NCBI GenBank assembly: GCA_028534125.1 | Contig: CM052817.1 | Location: forward strand, 105,836,001-105,900,000 | Origin: Lama glama | Lineage: Eukaryota | Direction of reading: 5' to 3' | DNA length: 64,000 nucleotides | Part shown: positions 38,119 to 51,162 of the stretch, in pieces | Layout of the letters: each line of letters opens with the position of its first letter | How positions within the stretch are numbered: position 1 is the stretch's first letter | Notes under the pieces: model-generated | What the model saw: only the letters and a program-made list of their open reading frames with translations | Told to the model about the DNA's origin: nothing | Database searches by the model: none | Translations under genes and position numbers: made by a program

Positions 38119-38559
38119 CTTGGTATGGGGGCAAAGGAGAAATAATTACGGCCCAGTTATTTAAACTACCGGCCCATGGACAAAGTTGCAGATACATATT
38201 TGCAAATACCTCCTTGATTTTCAATAGCACAGCTTTCATTATATTTGAATTAATATACATATAATTATTTTTGCTAAAATGTTCTCATGAGCCAACTAAG
38301 ATAGCAGCAAAAGGGACACCTGTCTCCACCTGTGCCATCGGCTTGATTCTAAGTAAGCGAGAAAGTGCCAGGTGAGTCAGAGGAGGGTTGAAATAACTCC
38401 CATACTAAGAGCAGAGTTTTTTGTTTGCTGGTTTATTTGCCTAATATTTCTTCTACTGTTTCTTTTTAAAATCATCACAAGAAATGTTGGTTTTATGGAT
38501 ACTTAGTGGCAGTTCTTGCAAAGGAGGTCAATTTTGGCCACGCCCCTTTCAATCTCCAA

Positions 38560-39053
38560 GGAGGAAGTGTAGAGAAAAAGTGTAGGGTTAAACAGCAAGG
38601 ATGACGGTATTCAAGACTATTGAAACATGGGGTAGAGACTGAATTCACCTCTGCTGAAACCAAAGGCAGGAGAGTTTTTAAGCACTGGGGTGAGCAAGTG
38701 GAAAAGCACAGGACGATATTAGTGCGGAGGATGGCCGATGGGATTGGCCATTTGTCCAAAGATAGAGTTTTTCCGTCCCTCAGGGATGGGGAGACAGGGG
38801 CCCGATTTTCTTAATCATCACATTCAAAAGGCAGGCTTCCAAGTTCCTGAGGAAGACATTCCTGCATTGTAAAACCAGCCCAGCTGGAAAAAGTCTGGGA
38901 GAAAATTTACATCTCACAGAGGCACTAAAAACACTTACATTTGTAAGTTTTTCCTAAAATAAAAGCTCTGACAAAATGAAGATCAGGGGTCTATAATGAG
39001 AAACAAACTGTCTAAAGTTTAGTCAGTTGAAGGGACCAGTAAAGACCTTAATC
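38560..39053 (-). mobile_element. MER34-like ERV1 solo LTR
   Basis: ctctgctgaaaccaaaggcaggagagtttttaagcactgggg; ttcctgaggaagacattcctg; tgtctaaagtttagtcag. The left boundary is approximate. Confidence 0.7.
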
Positions 39054-41674
39054 AGAAGAAGATTAATGATCAGGATCCATGATGAAATTAGATGATGCTG
39101 TCTTACTCAGGGATGGAGTTATTATCAGGAGGAAGAAGGTGAAAGATGATTGAAGGTGTTTGTGGTTTTCATTCACCTTTTGGGATTCTGTTTGTCGGTT
39201 AATTTCTTCCAGTCTCCTAGTAAATTAACATGAAAGTGCAGATTTTTCTGTTTTTGTTTTCTGTCCTCTTTTCATTTCCAGCTGACTTACAAAACTGTGC
39301 TTTAGGGCCTCATAATAAATCCTTTTTCATCTGCTGATAAATTTTTAGATTATATGTTTTTATTTTTATTTTTATCTTACTCTGCCTTTGAGATGATAAA
39401 TTCTGTCTGTCTGGGATTTGTTGAGAACTTAATGAAAAAGGATCAAAGGGCCATTTAGTTCGATTTTTGTGCAGTCTTAAACATGACAGGCAAAAATGTC
39501 ATTTTGTCATTTCCTGGCTTGGCCCAGGTGACAGAGACTATAGAGAGTAGGGTTACAGGTACTTGGATACTGGAAGGGCATCTGGGTATCTGTGATTTCT
39601 TCCGGCCTTCCCACTTCTACATTATAAGTAGCACAGGATTCCACATTTCTACTAAGAAAGTGAAGAGAATATTCATCTTGTAAGTAGTAGTAGAGAAAAC
39701 TAAACGTTTTTTTCTTTTGCAAAACAGTATCACATGGAACTTCGGAAAGCAAAGCCAAACTCCAAATTATAAGCTCATTTACAAACAAACTGTGTGGTTT
39801 GATGTGATCAAGATTTTCTGCAATTTTATTTTTAATCAAGTGGATTGAGTCTCGTCAGAATAAACAAGCATAAGAAAATCTCTGGTTTATGCAGGATGAC
39901 TGGGCAGTAAAGTGGCTAGAGATTAGCTGAATATTGATCAAATGAAATTCAACACATTCTTGTGTTTATACGTACATATATATCCGATTTTCAAAAAATA
40001 ATATTCAACTTTGAAGTTACCTGACCGTAATCTTTTGATTAGAAAGTAATGGTGAGGTGTTATATTTGTTTCCACAGGCATTAGATCTCAACTGAAGATT
40101 AAAGGTAAGGGGAATCCATCCACAATAATTCTCCCTGTTTACAGAGTGGGAAATTCAAGTGAAGAAAAAGTACAGTTGTCTGCTAACTGGTATCCTCCAT
40201 CCAGTCCCCCTCCAGGTCCATAACTCAGCAATACGATTCATGTTGTAACAATAGCTGTGTCCATCTCTTTCCGCTGACCAATTGTGAGTTCTCCTCGCCA
40301 ATATTATAACATTTCAGAGTTAAATGTTGGAATTAAATAATCATTACTACCGTTTTCCAGAGTGTGTTTCAAGAATTGTGACACAAACTCTGGGAAGGGA
40401 AAACTTTGAATTGCACGCAATTGTTGTGTTTTCCCTTTTTTAGCTGAAGGACTTCCGGGGCATTTTGTGTGGTCGTTGCACATCTTCACAGTGGTTTTCT
40501 AATACAGTGTGCTTCTCTAACTGATTCGATTTTTTTTTTCCCATGAAACAACTTAAGTAGTCTCATACTATTGAAATCACATACTGGGTAGTGCCATTTA
40601 ATTTGGATTCACAGTAATTTTATATTTTAACTTCTAGTTTCTAAGTGATTAGAGATAGTACTTCCATATTTTATGAGGATGGTATATGCTAAACTAAACT
40701 AAAGAAAAAAAATGTTACACATTCTTGGAAATTTTTAAGAACCCTCACAAAAGCCCTGCCTGCCTATTTTTTTCATGCACCTTAATGTAGTGCTTTTCAA
40801 ATATCCTGTTGCCACTTAAATTTAATTTACTAGACTATTGGAAAAGCACAATGCAAATTTATTAATATAAGCTGATCTTCTTTGGGGGTTTTAAAATTTA
40901 CCACTTTCTTGATTTTGAGGTATAAATAGTAAATATCATACAAACATGAAAACCAACTTATTTTCTCTAAGATTAGACTCAAAATAATTTTTGGTGACAA
41001 ACATTATTTAGTGAGTTTTGCCCTTCCCACAGGTCTGTAAATACAATATTGTGCAAATTAATTAATTTACATGTGAGGTACATCTTGACTGCAGTCATTG
41101 GGAGAGTTGTGATGACGTTAATGACAGAAAATAGAACCAGCTCAGTTCCAGAGCACCCCTTAGAAATCTCATGATTTAGTTTCAAATTTCATTAGGTCTT
41201 CAAGAAGTAATCAACTACTTTGAACAGAATTACAATTCGCATTTACCTGAAATTTGAATTACCTACACTTCAAGTAAATCTTAGGAAGAATGCAGATCAA
41301 AACAAACAAATGCAGGTGTCTACCATTAATGACCCCTTCCCCCGAATGAAACATTTTGCTACGAATTTCATCATCATGCATTTTTGTAAATGAAATTACA
41401 GAAGGTTAACTGTTTATCTCATGAATCAGGGTCATAACACTTAAGAGACCCTGGATCCTGATCTTGAGAGCTTCCATCCTGTTTCATGGCATTTAATCTA
41501 ATCTTTTAATTTGATTCACAGAATTTTGTAAATAATTTTGAAGAAGTCTAGGATTGATTTACTCCTTCTTCAAAACTGACAAGACTTTATTTTGGTCAGA
41601 ATATTTCTTTATTATTTAAAAATAATTATAATAAAATTGTGCCAAAAGAATTATTGTCAAAATGACAAATTACC

Positions 41675-43092
41675 TAATTTTTCAATTGAGGTACAGTTGA
41701 TATACAATATTATGTAAGTTTCATGGGTACAAGATACTGATTCACAATTTTTAAAGGTTTTAATCCATTTATAGTTATTGTAAAATCTTAGCTATATTCC
41801 CTGTGCTGTACAATATATCCTGGTAGCTTATTTATTTCTTACATACTAGTTTGTACCCCTTAATCCCCTGTCCCTGTCTTGCCTCACCCTCCTTTCTTGT
41901 CCCCACTGGTAACCACAAGTTTGTTCTCTCTATCAGTGAGTCTGTTTCTCTTTTGTTACATTCACTAGTTTGTTTTACTTTTTTAGGTTTGACATATAAG
42001 TGATACCATATAATATTTGTCTTTCTCTGTCTGACTTATTTCACTTAGCATAATACCCTCCAAGTCCATCCATGTTGTTGCAAATGGAAAAAAAAGTCAT
42101 TCTTTTTCATGGCTGGATTGTCTTTCATTGTATGTATACCACATCTCTTTTATCCATTCATCTGTTGATGGACACTTAGGTTGCTTCCATATCTTGGCTA
42201 TTGTAAATAATGCTGCTGTGAACAGTGGGGTGCATGTATCTTTTTGAATTTTGTGAGGTTTTTTTCAGATGTATACCCAGGAATGGAATTACTGGCTCAT
42301 AAGGCAGCTCTATTTTTAGTTTTTTGAGAAATCTTCATATAGTTTTCCACAGTGGCTGCACCAATTTACATTCCCACCAAAAGTGTACAAGGGTTCCCTT
42401 TTCTCCACAGCCTCACCAACATTTGTTATTTGTGTTCATTTTGATGATAGCCATTCTGACGGATGTGAGATGATACCTCATTGTGGTTTTGATTCGCATT
42501 TCTCTGATAATTAAAGATGGTAAGCATGTTTTCATGTGCCTGTTGGACATTCAGTATGTCTTCTTTGCAACAATGTGTATTCAGATCTTCTACCCAGTTT
42601 TTAATCAGTTGTTTTTTTTTTTTTTTTGATATTGAGTTGTACGAGCCATTTATATATTTGGGATATTAACCCTTTATTAGTCATATCATTTGAAGATTTT
42701 TTTTCCCATTCAGTAGGTTGACTTTTCATCTTGTCAATGGTTTCCTTTGTTGTGCAAAAGCATTTAAGTCTAATTATGTCATGGTTGTTCATTTTTGCTT
42801 TCATTTCCTTTGCTTTAGGAGACGGATCCAAAAAAAATATTATTATGACTTTTGTTAAAAAGCGTTCCACCTATGTTTTCTTCTAGGAGTTTTATGGTTT
42901 CTAGGCTTACATTCAGATCTTTAATACATTTCATTTTTGTATATCATGTTAGAAAATATTCTGCTTTGATTCTTTTACATGTTGACATTCAGTTTTCCCA
43001 GCACCACTTACCTCACTTATTGAAAAGACCGATTTTTCTCTATTGTAAATTCTTGCCTCCTTTTTGTTATAAATTAATTGACCATAAGTGGT
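41675..43092 (-). mobile_element. L1 (ORF2 C-terminal part + 3' UTR), 5'-truncated
   Basis: Minus frames give L1 ORF2 residues ([36 protein letters not shown]). Poly(T) start at ~41677. Confidence 0.93.
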
Positions 43093-44742
43093 GGGTGACA
43101 AGACTTGTAAGAGAGATCCAGGAGGCTTTTTATTTTTAATTGATGTTGGTTGAATAAAGACCCTTACCATAGACACCCTTCAACTTTTTAGAGCTCTGTC
43201 TTCTTTTTTGTTTCCTAATATGCAGAATTTCTCTACCTTTTTTCTGAATTTGTAATCATTTTTCAGAAAGATTTCTTGAGTATTATAAAGATAGTTCATT
43301 TATTTATAAATAACCTTGGGTATGCCCATAATTTTTTGGAAGAAAAGTTGTATTCCATAGGCATAAAGGAAATCTTATTTCTAGATGATGATATACACAT
43401 AGTAGAGTCCAGAGTATGTTGTAAATTTTTTTAAAATATCCCTTTGAGTAAGCTATCAACCCACACAAATTCTACCTCCTCTAGACATCAAGGAATCCTC
43501 TAACTTTTTCTCTTACCTAAGGTCTTCTGATATTTCTACACCACAGCTCTCCCTCACCTACCTGATCCTGGCTCTCCCACAGTAGACCAGAAGTAGGAAT
43601 GATGGAAATGTTTGGGTTTTTTTCAGATCCCTTAAAACAATAGTAATACAGAATTCTATACGGTGAATTATCATTTCTCTTGTTAATTTGGAACATCTCT
43701 TTCAACCAAACTGTTTCCATGATTGTAGGAAGAGAGAACCTGTCTTTTCTCCCCTCCTTACCAAAGACAACAAGGTTTTATTTCCTTTCTTGGTGTCGGT
43801 TAGGGCACTGGGGTTAGGAGGAAGTGAGGGAAGTGGACTAAGTTCCTGAAAGAAGGTAGGTCTTTTAAAGACTCTCCCAGGTGGAATGCTTTGAATAGAT
43901 TCAAAGTGAGGATACGCTCTCTTCCCAGCTTAGGGTGTAGAGACAGCTAGGGAGCGCCTCTCCACGTAGCTTCTTGCACCTGTGGTCGCAGTGGTAATGG
44001 TGGGCTATCTCCTCCTAGAATTAACACCATATTTCAGATCAGAAAAATCTACCGTTGTGTTTTGGGTTTTTTTGTTTTGTTTTTTGTGATTTCTTCATGG
44101 AGTTCCTAGCTCCTAGTTCCTCCTCTTTGGATGCCAAGAATCACATAACCCCATCTCAACAAGCACTTTTATGGAATCACATCACAATCCAGAAGACATT
44201 TTGCCACATCTTGACCCTATCTGTACAGAAGCTGTGGGAGCCACTAGGCTACTAATTCAGGTGTTTCCACCGACCTTTTCTCACATGATCCACTGGTAAA
44301 GTGAGAGGCGTAAGGTTAGGAAGAGAGCCAGACTCTTCTTAGCCCAGTTTTGAGCACAGCAGGGGGATATGAGCACGGTTGTTAGGGTCAAATTTGGAGG
44401 TAAGTAGGGTGGATCGGCACCACAACCCTCCGTTTCCTGACTTTGCTAGACAGACTCTGCCTCATATTCAGTCTGTAAAGTCCAGCTAGTTAGACTTTAA
44501 CTTAGGAATACAGATGACTCTTGCTAACCCTAACACTTTGGGAAAATACAAACGCTCAGAATCTTCATTTTTATCAGAATAGGTGCAAGTCATGAAGCTC
44601 TAAAGGGAAAATGCATTTTTCGTCCCACCTTCAACACATCAGAAGGTTTGCACTTTATCCTAGACCGATGTTGTTCAGTTCTGAAGTCTCTTCAAAGAAA
44701 GGGAAAGAAGAGTGTTGATGCATTCTAATTCTAGCAGCTTTT

Positions 44743-44952
44743 TTTTAACATTTTTTATTGATTCATAATCATTTTACAATGTTGTGTCAAGTTCCAGTGT
44801 TCAGCACAATTTTTCAGTCCTTCATGGACATATGCACACTCATTGTCACATTTTTTTCTCTGTGATTTATCATACCATTTTGTGTATATTTCCCTGTGCT
44901 ATATACAGTGTAATCTTGTTTATCTATTCTACAATTTTGAAATCCCAGTCTA
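44743..44952 (-). mobile_element. Short young L1 3' insertion with 13-bp TSD
   Basis: TSD tctagcagctttt at 44730-44742 and 44953-44965. Confidence 0.88.
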
Positions 44953-44984
44953 TCTAGCAGCTTTTTAGTCTGAAAAATATTTTA

Positions 44985-45354
44985 AAAATTTTTTTATTGA
45001 AGTTTAGTTGATTTACAATGTTGTGTTAGTTTCAGGTATACAGCAGAGAGATTCAATTATACATATACATATATATATATTCTTTTTCAGATTCTTTTCC
45101 ATTATAGATTATTACAGGATATTAAATATACTTCCCTGTGCTGTGCAGGACCTTGTGGTTTATTTATTTTATGTACAGTAATGTGTATCTGTTAATCCCA
45201 AACTCTTAATTTATCCCTCCCCTCAACCCCCCTGTAACCATAAGCTCGTTTTCTATGTCTGAGTCAGTTTGTTATGTAAATAAGTTAATTTGTATCATTT
45301 TTTTAGATTCCATATATAAGTGATATTGTACGATATTCATATTTCTCTGTCTGA
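44985..45354 (-). mobile_element. L1 3' end truncated by the assembly gap
   Basis: Antisense L1 terminus runs into the Ns. Confidence 0.88.
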
Positions 45355-45854
45355 NNNNNNNNNNNNNNNNNNNNNNNNNNNNNNNNNNNNNNNNNNNNNN
45401 NNNNNNNNNNNNNNNNNNNNNNNNNNNNNNNNNNNNNNNNNNNNNNNNNNNNNNNNNNNNNNNNNNNNNNNNNNNNNNNNNNNNNNNNNNNNNNNNNNNN
45501 NNNNNNNNNNNNNNNNNNNNNNNNNNNNNNNNNNNNNNNNNNNNNNNNNNNNNNNNNNNNNNNNNNNNNNNNNNNNNNNNNNNNNNNNNNNNNNNNNNNN
45601 NNNNNNNNNNNNNNNNNNNNNNNNNNNNNNNNNNNNNNNNNNNNNNNNNNNNNNNNNNNNNNNNNNNNNNNNNNNNNNNNNNNNNNNNNNNNNNNNNNNN
45701 NNNNNNNNNNNNNNNNNNNNNNNNNNNNNNNNNNNNNNNNNNNNNNNNNNNNNNNNNNNNNNNNNNNNNNNNNNNNNNNNNNNNNNNNNNNNNNNNNNNN
45801 NNNNNNNNNNNNNNNNNNNNNNNNNNNNNNNNNNNNNNNNNNNNNNNNNNNNNN
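45355..45854. other. Assembly gap (500 N)
   Basis: Run of N. Confidence 1.
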
Positions 45855-46068
45855 ACTTTTGTGATAATGATGTTGCTAAAGCTGTTCCATGCCTATTGGC
45901 CAAATACCCCAAGCTTGTAGTTAACCCTATAAAACCTCATGTGCACGTCTTGGAGGTGCTCAGAGCTTCGGAGCAGAAGCCCCTCTGAGCCCGCCGGCGT
46001 AATAAATCTGAGTACTCCAACCCTCCGAGTGGTGCTTGTTTCTTGGCTGGCCTGTCATTTCCATAACA
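45855..46068 (+). mobile_element. 3' part of a young ERV LTR (U3 end-R-U5)
   Basis: ATTGG (~45895), TATAAAA (45928-45934), AATAAA (46001-46006), terminal TAACA (46068). CpGs are retained. Confidence 0.75.
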
Positions 46069-46139
46069 GAATGATAGTTTAAAAGGCGGAAAGAAAGAAG
46101 GGAAAAAAAAAAAAACAAGGTTCTGTCCAACTGATCTTA

Positions 46140-46880
46140 CAGACAGTGAAAATATTCTTGAAAACAAGGGTGAAATAAAACCCTTTTCAGACAAATGAAA
46201 ACTAGGAGATCTGGTTGCACCATTAGAAAGAGTAAGGATGGAGGAGGGTATAGCTCAAGTGGTACGGCACATGCTTAGCATGCACAAGGTCCTGGGTTCA
46301 ATCCCCAGTGCCTCCTCTAAAAAGAAATAAAACTAATTACTTCCCCCCATCAAAATAAAATAATTAAATAATACAATAATGAACAAATATTAAAAGAAAA
46401 AAGAAACAGGATATTTTTCAGGTTGAAAGAGAGCAACACCAAACAGAAATGGGGATCTCCTGAAAGGAAAGAAGATGCCAGAAAATTAAAGATGTGGTTA
46501 GATGTAAAAGTCTGTGTTTTTTTTTTTTCATAATCTTAGGAAAAAACTGACAAAAATAAAATTAATAAAATGTGAAATGTGATGTATGGCACACATGGAA
46601 ACACAAGACATGACAACAACACTCAAAATTACACTTTCAGATAGATATGAGGGTCAATAAAAGCGATTATCCTCCTGGGACATTATCCCATTTGAGAAGC
46701 CAGAAATGGGAGGTTGGAACTAAAAATTGACAAAGATGAAACGTGAAGCAGGAAGTGTAAAGTTTAAATAATAAAAGTTTGACTCTGCTGCTTCTTTCAT
46801 AAATTAAAAATGCATATTTTGACAGTAAAACCAGCACTAAAAACATAAAAAGAGGTTGATTTTAAAATATATATAACGAA
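46140..46880 (+). mobile_element. Old L1 ORF1-end/inter-ORF fragment interrupted by a SINE
   Basis: aagggtgaaataaaacccttttcagacaaatgaaaactaggaga is typical of the L1M ORF1 3' region. Confidence 0.55.
46240..46400 (+). mobile_element. Full-length Vic-1-like SINE
   Basis: ggagggtatagctcaagtggta..gcttagcatgcacaaggtcctgggttcaatccccagt followed by a tail. Confidence 0.9.
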
Positions 46881-47084
46881 AAACATAACACATTAAAATA
46901 ATGCACTGCCAGCCCCATTGCAGTAACTGATACTCACCTCCCTCCACCACCGCCCCCAGCCTAGAACTCTAAGAAAACTGGACAAAATTAAAGAGTCTTT
47001 TAACCTGGAGTCTTATTGTTTATGGATATCACTTTCTTGTATGTAAAATGAAAGAATTCTTCTTGAACAGCCATTCTCACATGT

Positions 47085-47232
47085 AATTACACAGCCTGGC
47101 TCTGTCAGAATTACCTGCAGAATGTTTGTTGTCACTTTTGAAGTACAGATTTCCGGCTTCAAAATGAATCTTACTGAATAAAAACTTCCAAGGACCATCA
47201 TAGTCTGATGCACACCAAAGTACGAAAACTAC
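47085..47232. mobile_element. MER5A-like hAT-Charlie MITE
   Basis: cctggct..tcagaattacctg..tacagatt..tactgaat..tctgatgcacaccaaagt..gaaaactac. Confidence 0.55.
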
Positions 47233-48502
47233 AAAACTAAACGGCCTTCAGTCTCTCTTGCGACTTTTACATCCTAATTCGCTGAATAAAATAGTCAATT
47301 TTAAACATGTATTTGCTGTTACTTCTAGCTATAATACGTCTTTAAGGATTTTTCCGGTACTCATGAACGTGCCATTATAGCATCATTTAAACAGACTTGC
47401 TTATGAATTTAGATGTTTAATGACCTTTTCAATGAAATGTTTCATCTTAATACCCCTGCACTATAAATGTCTCATTAAAGAAAGAATACTCCCAGGAGCA
47501 CATAGAAGTTCTGAATTTACAGGGTCAGAACTACAGATAATAAATAGTAGCGACTGGATGGATGCTACAAAATACAGCTTCAGAAACCTAATAATTAGTA
47601 GCGCAGTTTTCAAAACCAAATAATATGATTGCCAACATAAACCCAAATAATTACAGGCCCAGGAGTAATTGTAAAATTATGGACTGTTACATAATGAACG
47701 ATGGTCAAGAATGTTACATAGTTATCATTTCTTCCCTTTTATTTTCCAAAGCATTTAAGCTTACCTGCCAATGAGATACCACCTAAGAGCCCCTTGTCTG
47801 TTCCAAAAATTGATTTCCAATTAATCTGCATCCCTACTTCTCACCTCAGCCAATACACCTCCAGGAAACACTGCTCCCTGAGAACATTAATTCATGAAAT
47901 TTGATTAGATGACACTTAATGGGATGAAACTGACACTTCACTTCCCTGAGACATGTTAATTACACATTTGGTTTCTATAAATAAATATAGCTAAATACAG
48001 CTCCCAGGACTGTCTCACACATCACTGGAAACCAGGTCAAGGCTATTGATGAAGAGAAATAAAATACCTAACTGGATTTGCTAGGCACATGATCTGAAAC
48101 AGGCTAGCCATTTCTTTCTCCCAACCAGGGATCTTTGAAAATGTTCCCTGGTGTTCTATTTCCTGATATAAATTCTGTAACCTGTAAGCAGTGAGGTCTG
48201 TTCCAATGAAACAAACTTAAAGGGGGCGAGAAGCATTACATATGCCAAATGACTCTGCAGTCACCTTTCTGTCCCCACTGCTATGTCCCTCCTTGCATGT
48301 ATAACACAAATGATTCGACATCGTGGCCATGCGAACACAGACCTTCACGACTGGGACACAAAATTAATTCAGCTACATGTAAAAAAAAAGATATTGGCCC
48401 CATATTTTCATTGTCACATAATGTGATGGCACAGCATGTCTCTATGGCTACTCCATGGTGCTCTATAGAAACTGCCTCTGTCCACTTCCAGTGATGATCT
48501 AT

Positions 48503-48752
48503 CTTTTTTTTTTTAATGATTGAAGCAAAGTTGATTTACAAAGTAGAGTTAATTTCTGGTGTACAGCACAGTGATTCAGTTTATATATATATAAATACAT
48601 ATAAGAATATATATTCTTGTTCATATTCTTTTTAATTATATGTTATCATAAGATATTGAATATAGTTCCCTGTGCTGCACAGTAGGACTTTGCTGTTTTT
48701 CTATTTTGTATACACTAGTTAGTATCTGCAAATCCCAAACTCCTAATTTATC
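48503..48752 (-). mobile_element. L1 3' terminal fragment
   Basis: Poly(T), gttccctgtgctgcacagtaggac, and gcaaatcccaaactcctaatttatc. Confidence 0.85.
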
Positions 48753-50929
48753 AGCATTTAAAAACATGAACTGAATCTAAAAGAATCCATGCAAATTTTA
48801 TTTTTGTTTTTTATACAGTAGATCCTGAAAAAAATATTTGCCCCGGAAAACACTCCAGTTTACAGTGAAAAAAAACTATGTTGCTTCTTAGGTCAGAGAC
48901 TGGCTAGTTATTCTTCAAAGTTGGCACGCCCTTTTAAGCACACAGTGGACTGTATTTTATGCTTCCTTATTGTTAATGCAATTGTGTGTCTGAATCTTCA
49001 ATTAATGAGATTCAGTTAGTGAGGAAAAGGTGATGAAATCCACTTCCAGACCAAGTCCTTCCCAAAACTTCTTGCTTAATTCTTTCTCCTCTTCATCTTC
49101 ATCCATGTGACAGCTTTTTTTTTTTTTTAATCTAGGGTGATCTGGGAAGTCAAATGTTGAAGAAGGGACAGCCAACATCAGTCTGAGTTCCTGATTCAAC
49201 TCTGTTGAGCAGAACTCCCCCTACAGTAAAGTTTACAGGTGACAGTGTGTAGCCACACTTCCCAGTGTTAATGAACTAACTCACTTAAGACACTGAGTGT
49301 CAAGATGTATCTTTAACAGCATTCAACTTACTTTAACTAATTCTTGAACCCACACAACTTGAGCTCTTCCCAGCTAAGGTCAGGCAAACACAGGCCAGAT
49401 TTCATTCCTAACAGAAATAAGCATTGCACAAAGTAAAAAAAAAAAAAAAAAAAACCCTAATGCAAAAGTGCTTTAATTAATCATTTAAAATAATTTCACC
49501 AAACTGATATTTTAAAACCTTTTTATTTGTCATGGAGCTTTTCTTACACCTCAGGGCAAGGCACCTTCATATGATTTCTTTGTTTCTCAAACGGCATGTA
49601 TGATCTTTTTCATGCCAGTATTTTCGCCCCAAGTACTCTTTTTTTAAATATCTACTTCTATGCTATTTTTCAGGACTTTACTTTAGTGCTATCTGATTGG
49701 AGAAGCTGTCTCTGATCACCCTACCAGAACTTGTGCCTTCTCATTTTATTATTTAACTTAATAATTTGGTTGTTCCCTATTAGTATTTGTTATGTTTGTA
49801 AATATTATATTTGTTCCTTTAAGTTTATTTCTGAGTCCCAGGTAGGAAATGAGCTGCCCCAGGGAAAGCATCATGTCTTCTTGACTTATTAACAGAATCT
49901 AGGTGCTTAGCTTTGGAAGCTAATCCTGGAAGATCACTTTGAAGTAGAGAATATATTGTTCAGGATTGTAGGATGAAGTGACATGCAGGGGGCGGGGGAC
50001 TAGGGGGGCGCAGAAGGGAGTCTACTGCAGATGAGAAATAAATGAATGCTTTGCACTGACACAAATAAATATGGCTAAACCAGATACATTTAAATAATCC
50101 CTATATTAGCAGCAATTGAATAGGAGTGAAAACAGCAGGTGAGGACCATCCATGGATTAATCTCTGAGTAACAGGAGAGAAAAATGATGTTGTCTAGTAA
50201 TCAGAGAAAGAGCAGAAATGTTACTTTTTTTTCTTTTCCTCTATTATATTGGCCCTTCTGTAAGCAGTGAAGTCTGTTCCAGTGAAACAAACTTAAATGG
50301 ACAGAGGGAGGAGAAATAGCAGAATGAGAGAAATAGTTTCCTTTATGAATGCTCTTTGTTCAGAATAGAATCCTGATGCAGGATGCAGTTTCTGCTGTTG
50401 CTCCCAGAAGGAGCAGTGAAGTGATCAGAGCAGGATGGGTTGTGTGCGAGATTAAGAAAGAGATTTACAGCAGCAGCTCTAAGAGCAACCAAGTTAGCGT
50501 GCCTTGTTAGAGGGCAGGAAATATTTGTCCTCTTAGAGCAGATCGCTTCATAGCAGAAGCAGCAGGATGGCCAGTGCCAGAAATCACAACACAGAGGAAA
50601 CACATGCAGGAAAATACAGTGAGGTGCACAAAATCAGTGAGCTCAGTAAACAAAGTCATCCATCAGTGATTTAAAACAAATTAATAAATTTGCAAAACCC
50701 ATATTAACATAATATTTCTATTCTGAATAAGCTCAAACTGTGTTTTTGTGCCCCTTTTGATGCTGAGAAAGATGAATAACACCATGATCCACTGCCACAA
50801 TTCCAGGCCTTCATCTGGTCATTTATTTATTATTTTATTTTATTTTATTTCATTCCATTTCACTTCATTTCATTTTACTTAATTTTTTTCAGACTAACAG
50901 CTACAATCATTTCCCGATTAAATTAACAG

Positions 50930-51162
50930 GAGGGGGTGGGTATAGCTCAGTGGTAGAGAAGCATACTTAGCATTCCCAAGGTCCTGGGTTCAATCCCCAG
51001 TACCTCCATTAAAAAAAAAGAATAAAAATGCATACATATGTATGTATTTGTATAACTGAATCATTTTGCTGTACACCTGAAACTAACACTGTAAATCAAT
51101 CAATCATCAATAAAAAATGAAAAATAAACTGGAAACAACCCCTCCTCAAATAATAGTAATAC
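50930..51162 (+). mobile_element. Vic-1-like SINE carrying an L1 3' fragment (~51020-51118) in its A-rich linker
   Basis: SINE head 50930-51007, then L1 terminus (gtataactgaatcattttgctgtacacctgaaactaacac), then the SINE 3' motif. Flanks are taacagga/taacaaga. Confidence 0.8.

Noticed and set aside
43700..44500. Possible ancient Gypsy/ERVL-like LTR (also 1-420 and 1000-1210)
   Set aside because: LTR-like composition only, with no definable termini or TSD.
45320..45988. Longest ORFs (222 aa and 191 aa)
   Set aside because: Artefacts of translating through the 500-N gap.
46240..46315. tRNA-like heads here and in the other SINE copies as tRNA genes
   Set aside because: They have A-rich tails, TSDs and divergent stems, so they are SINEs rather than tRNA genes.
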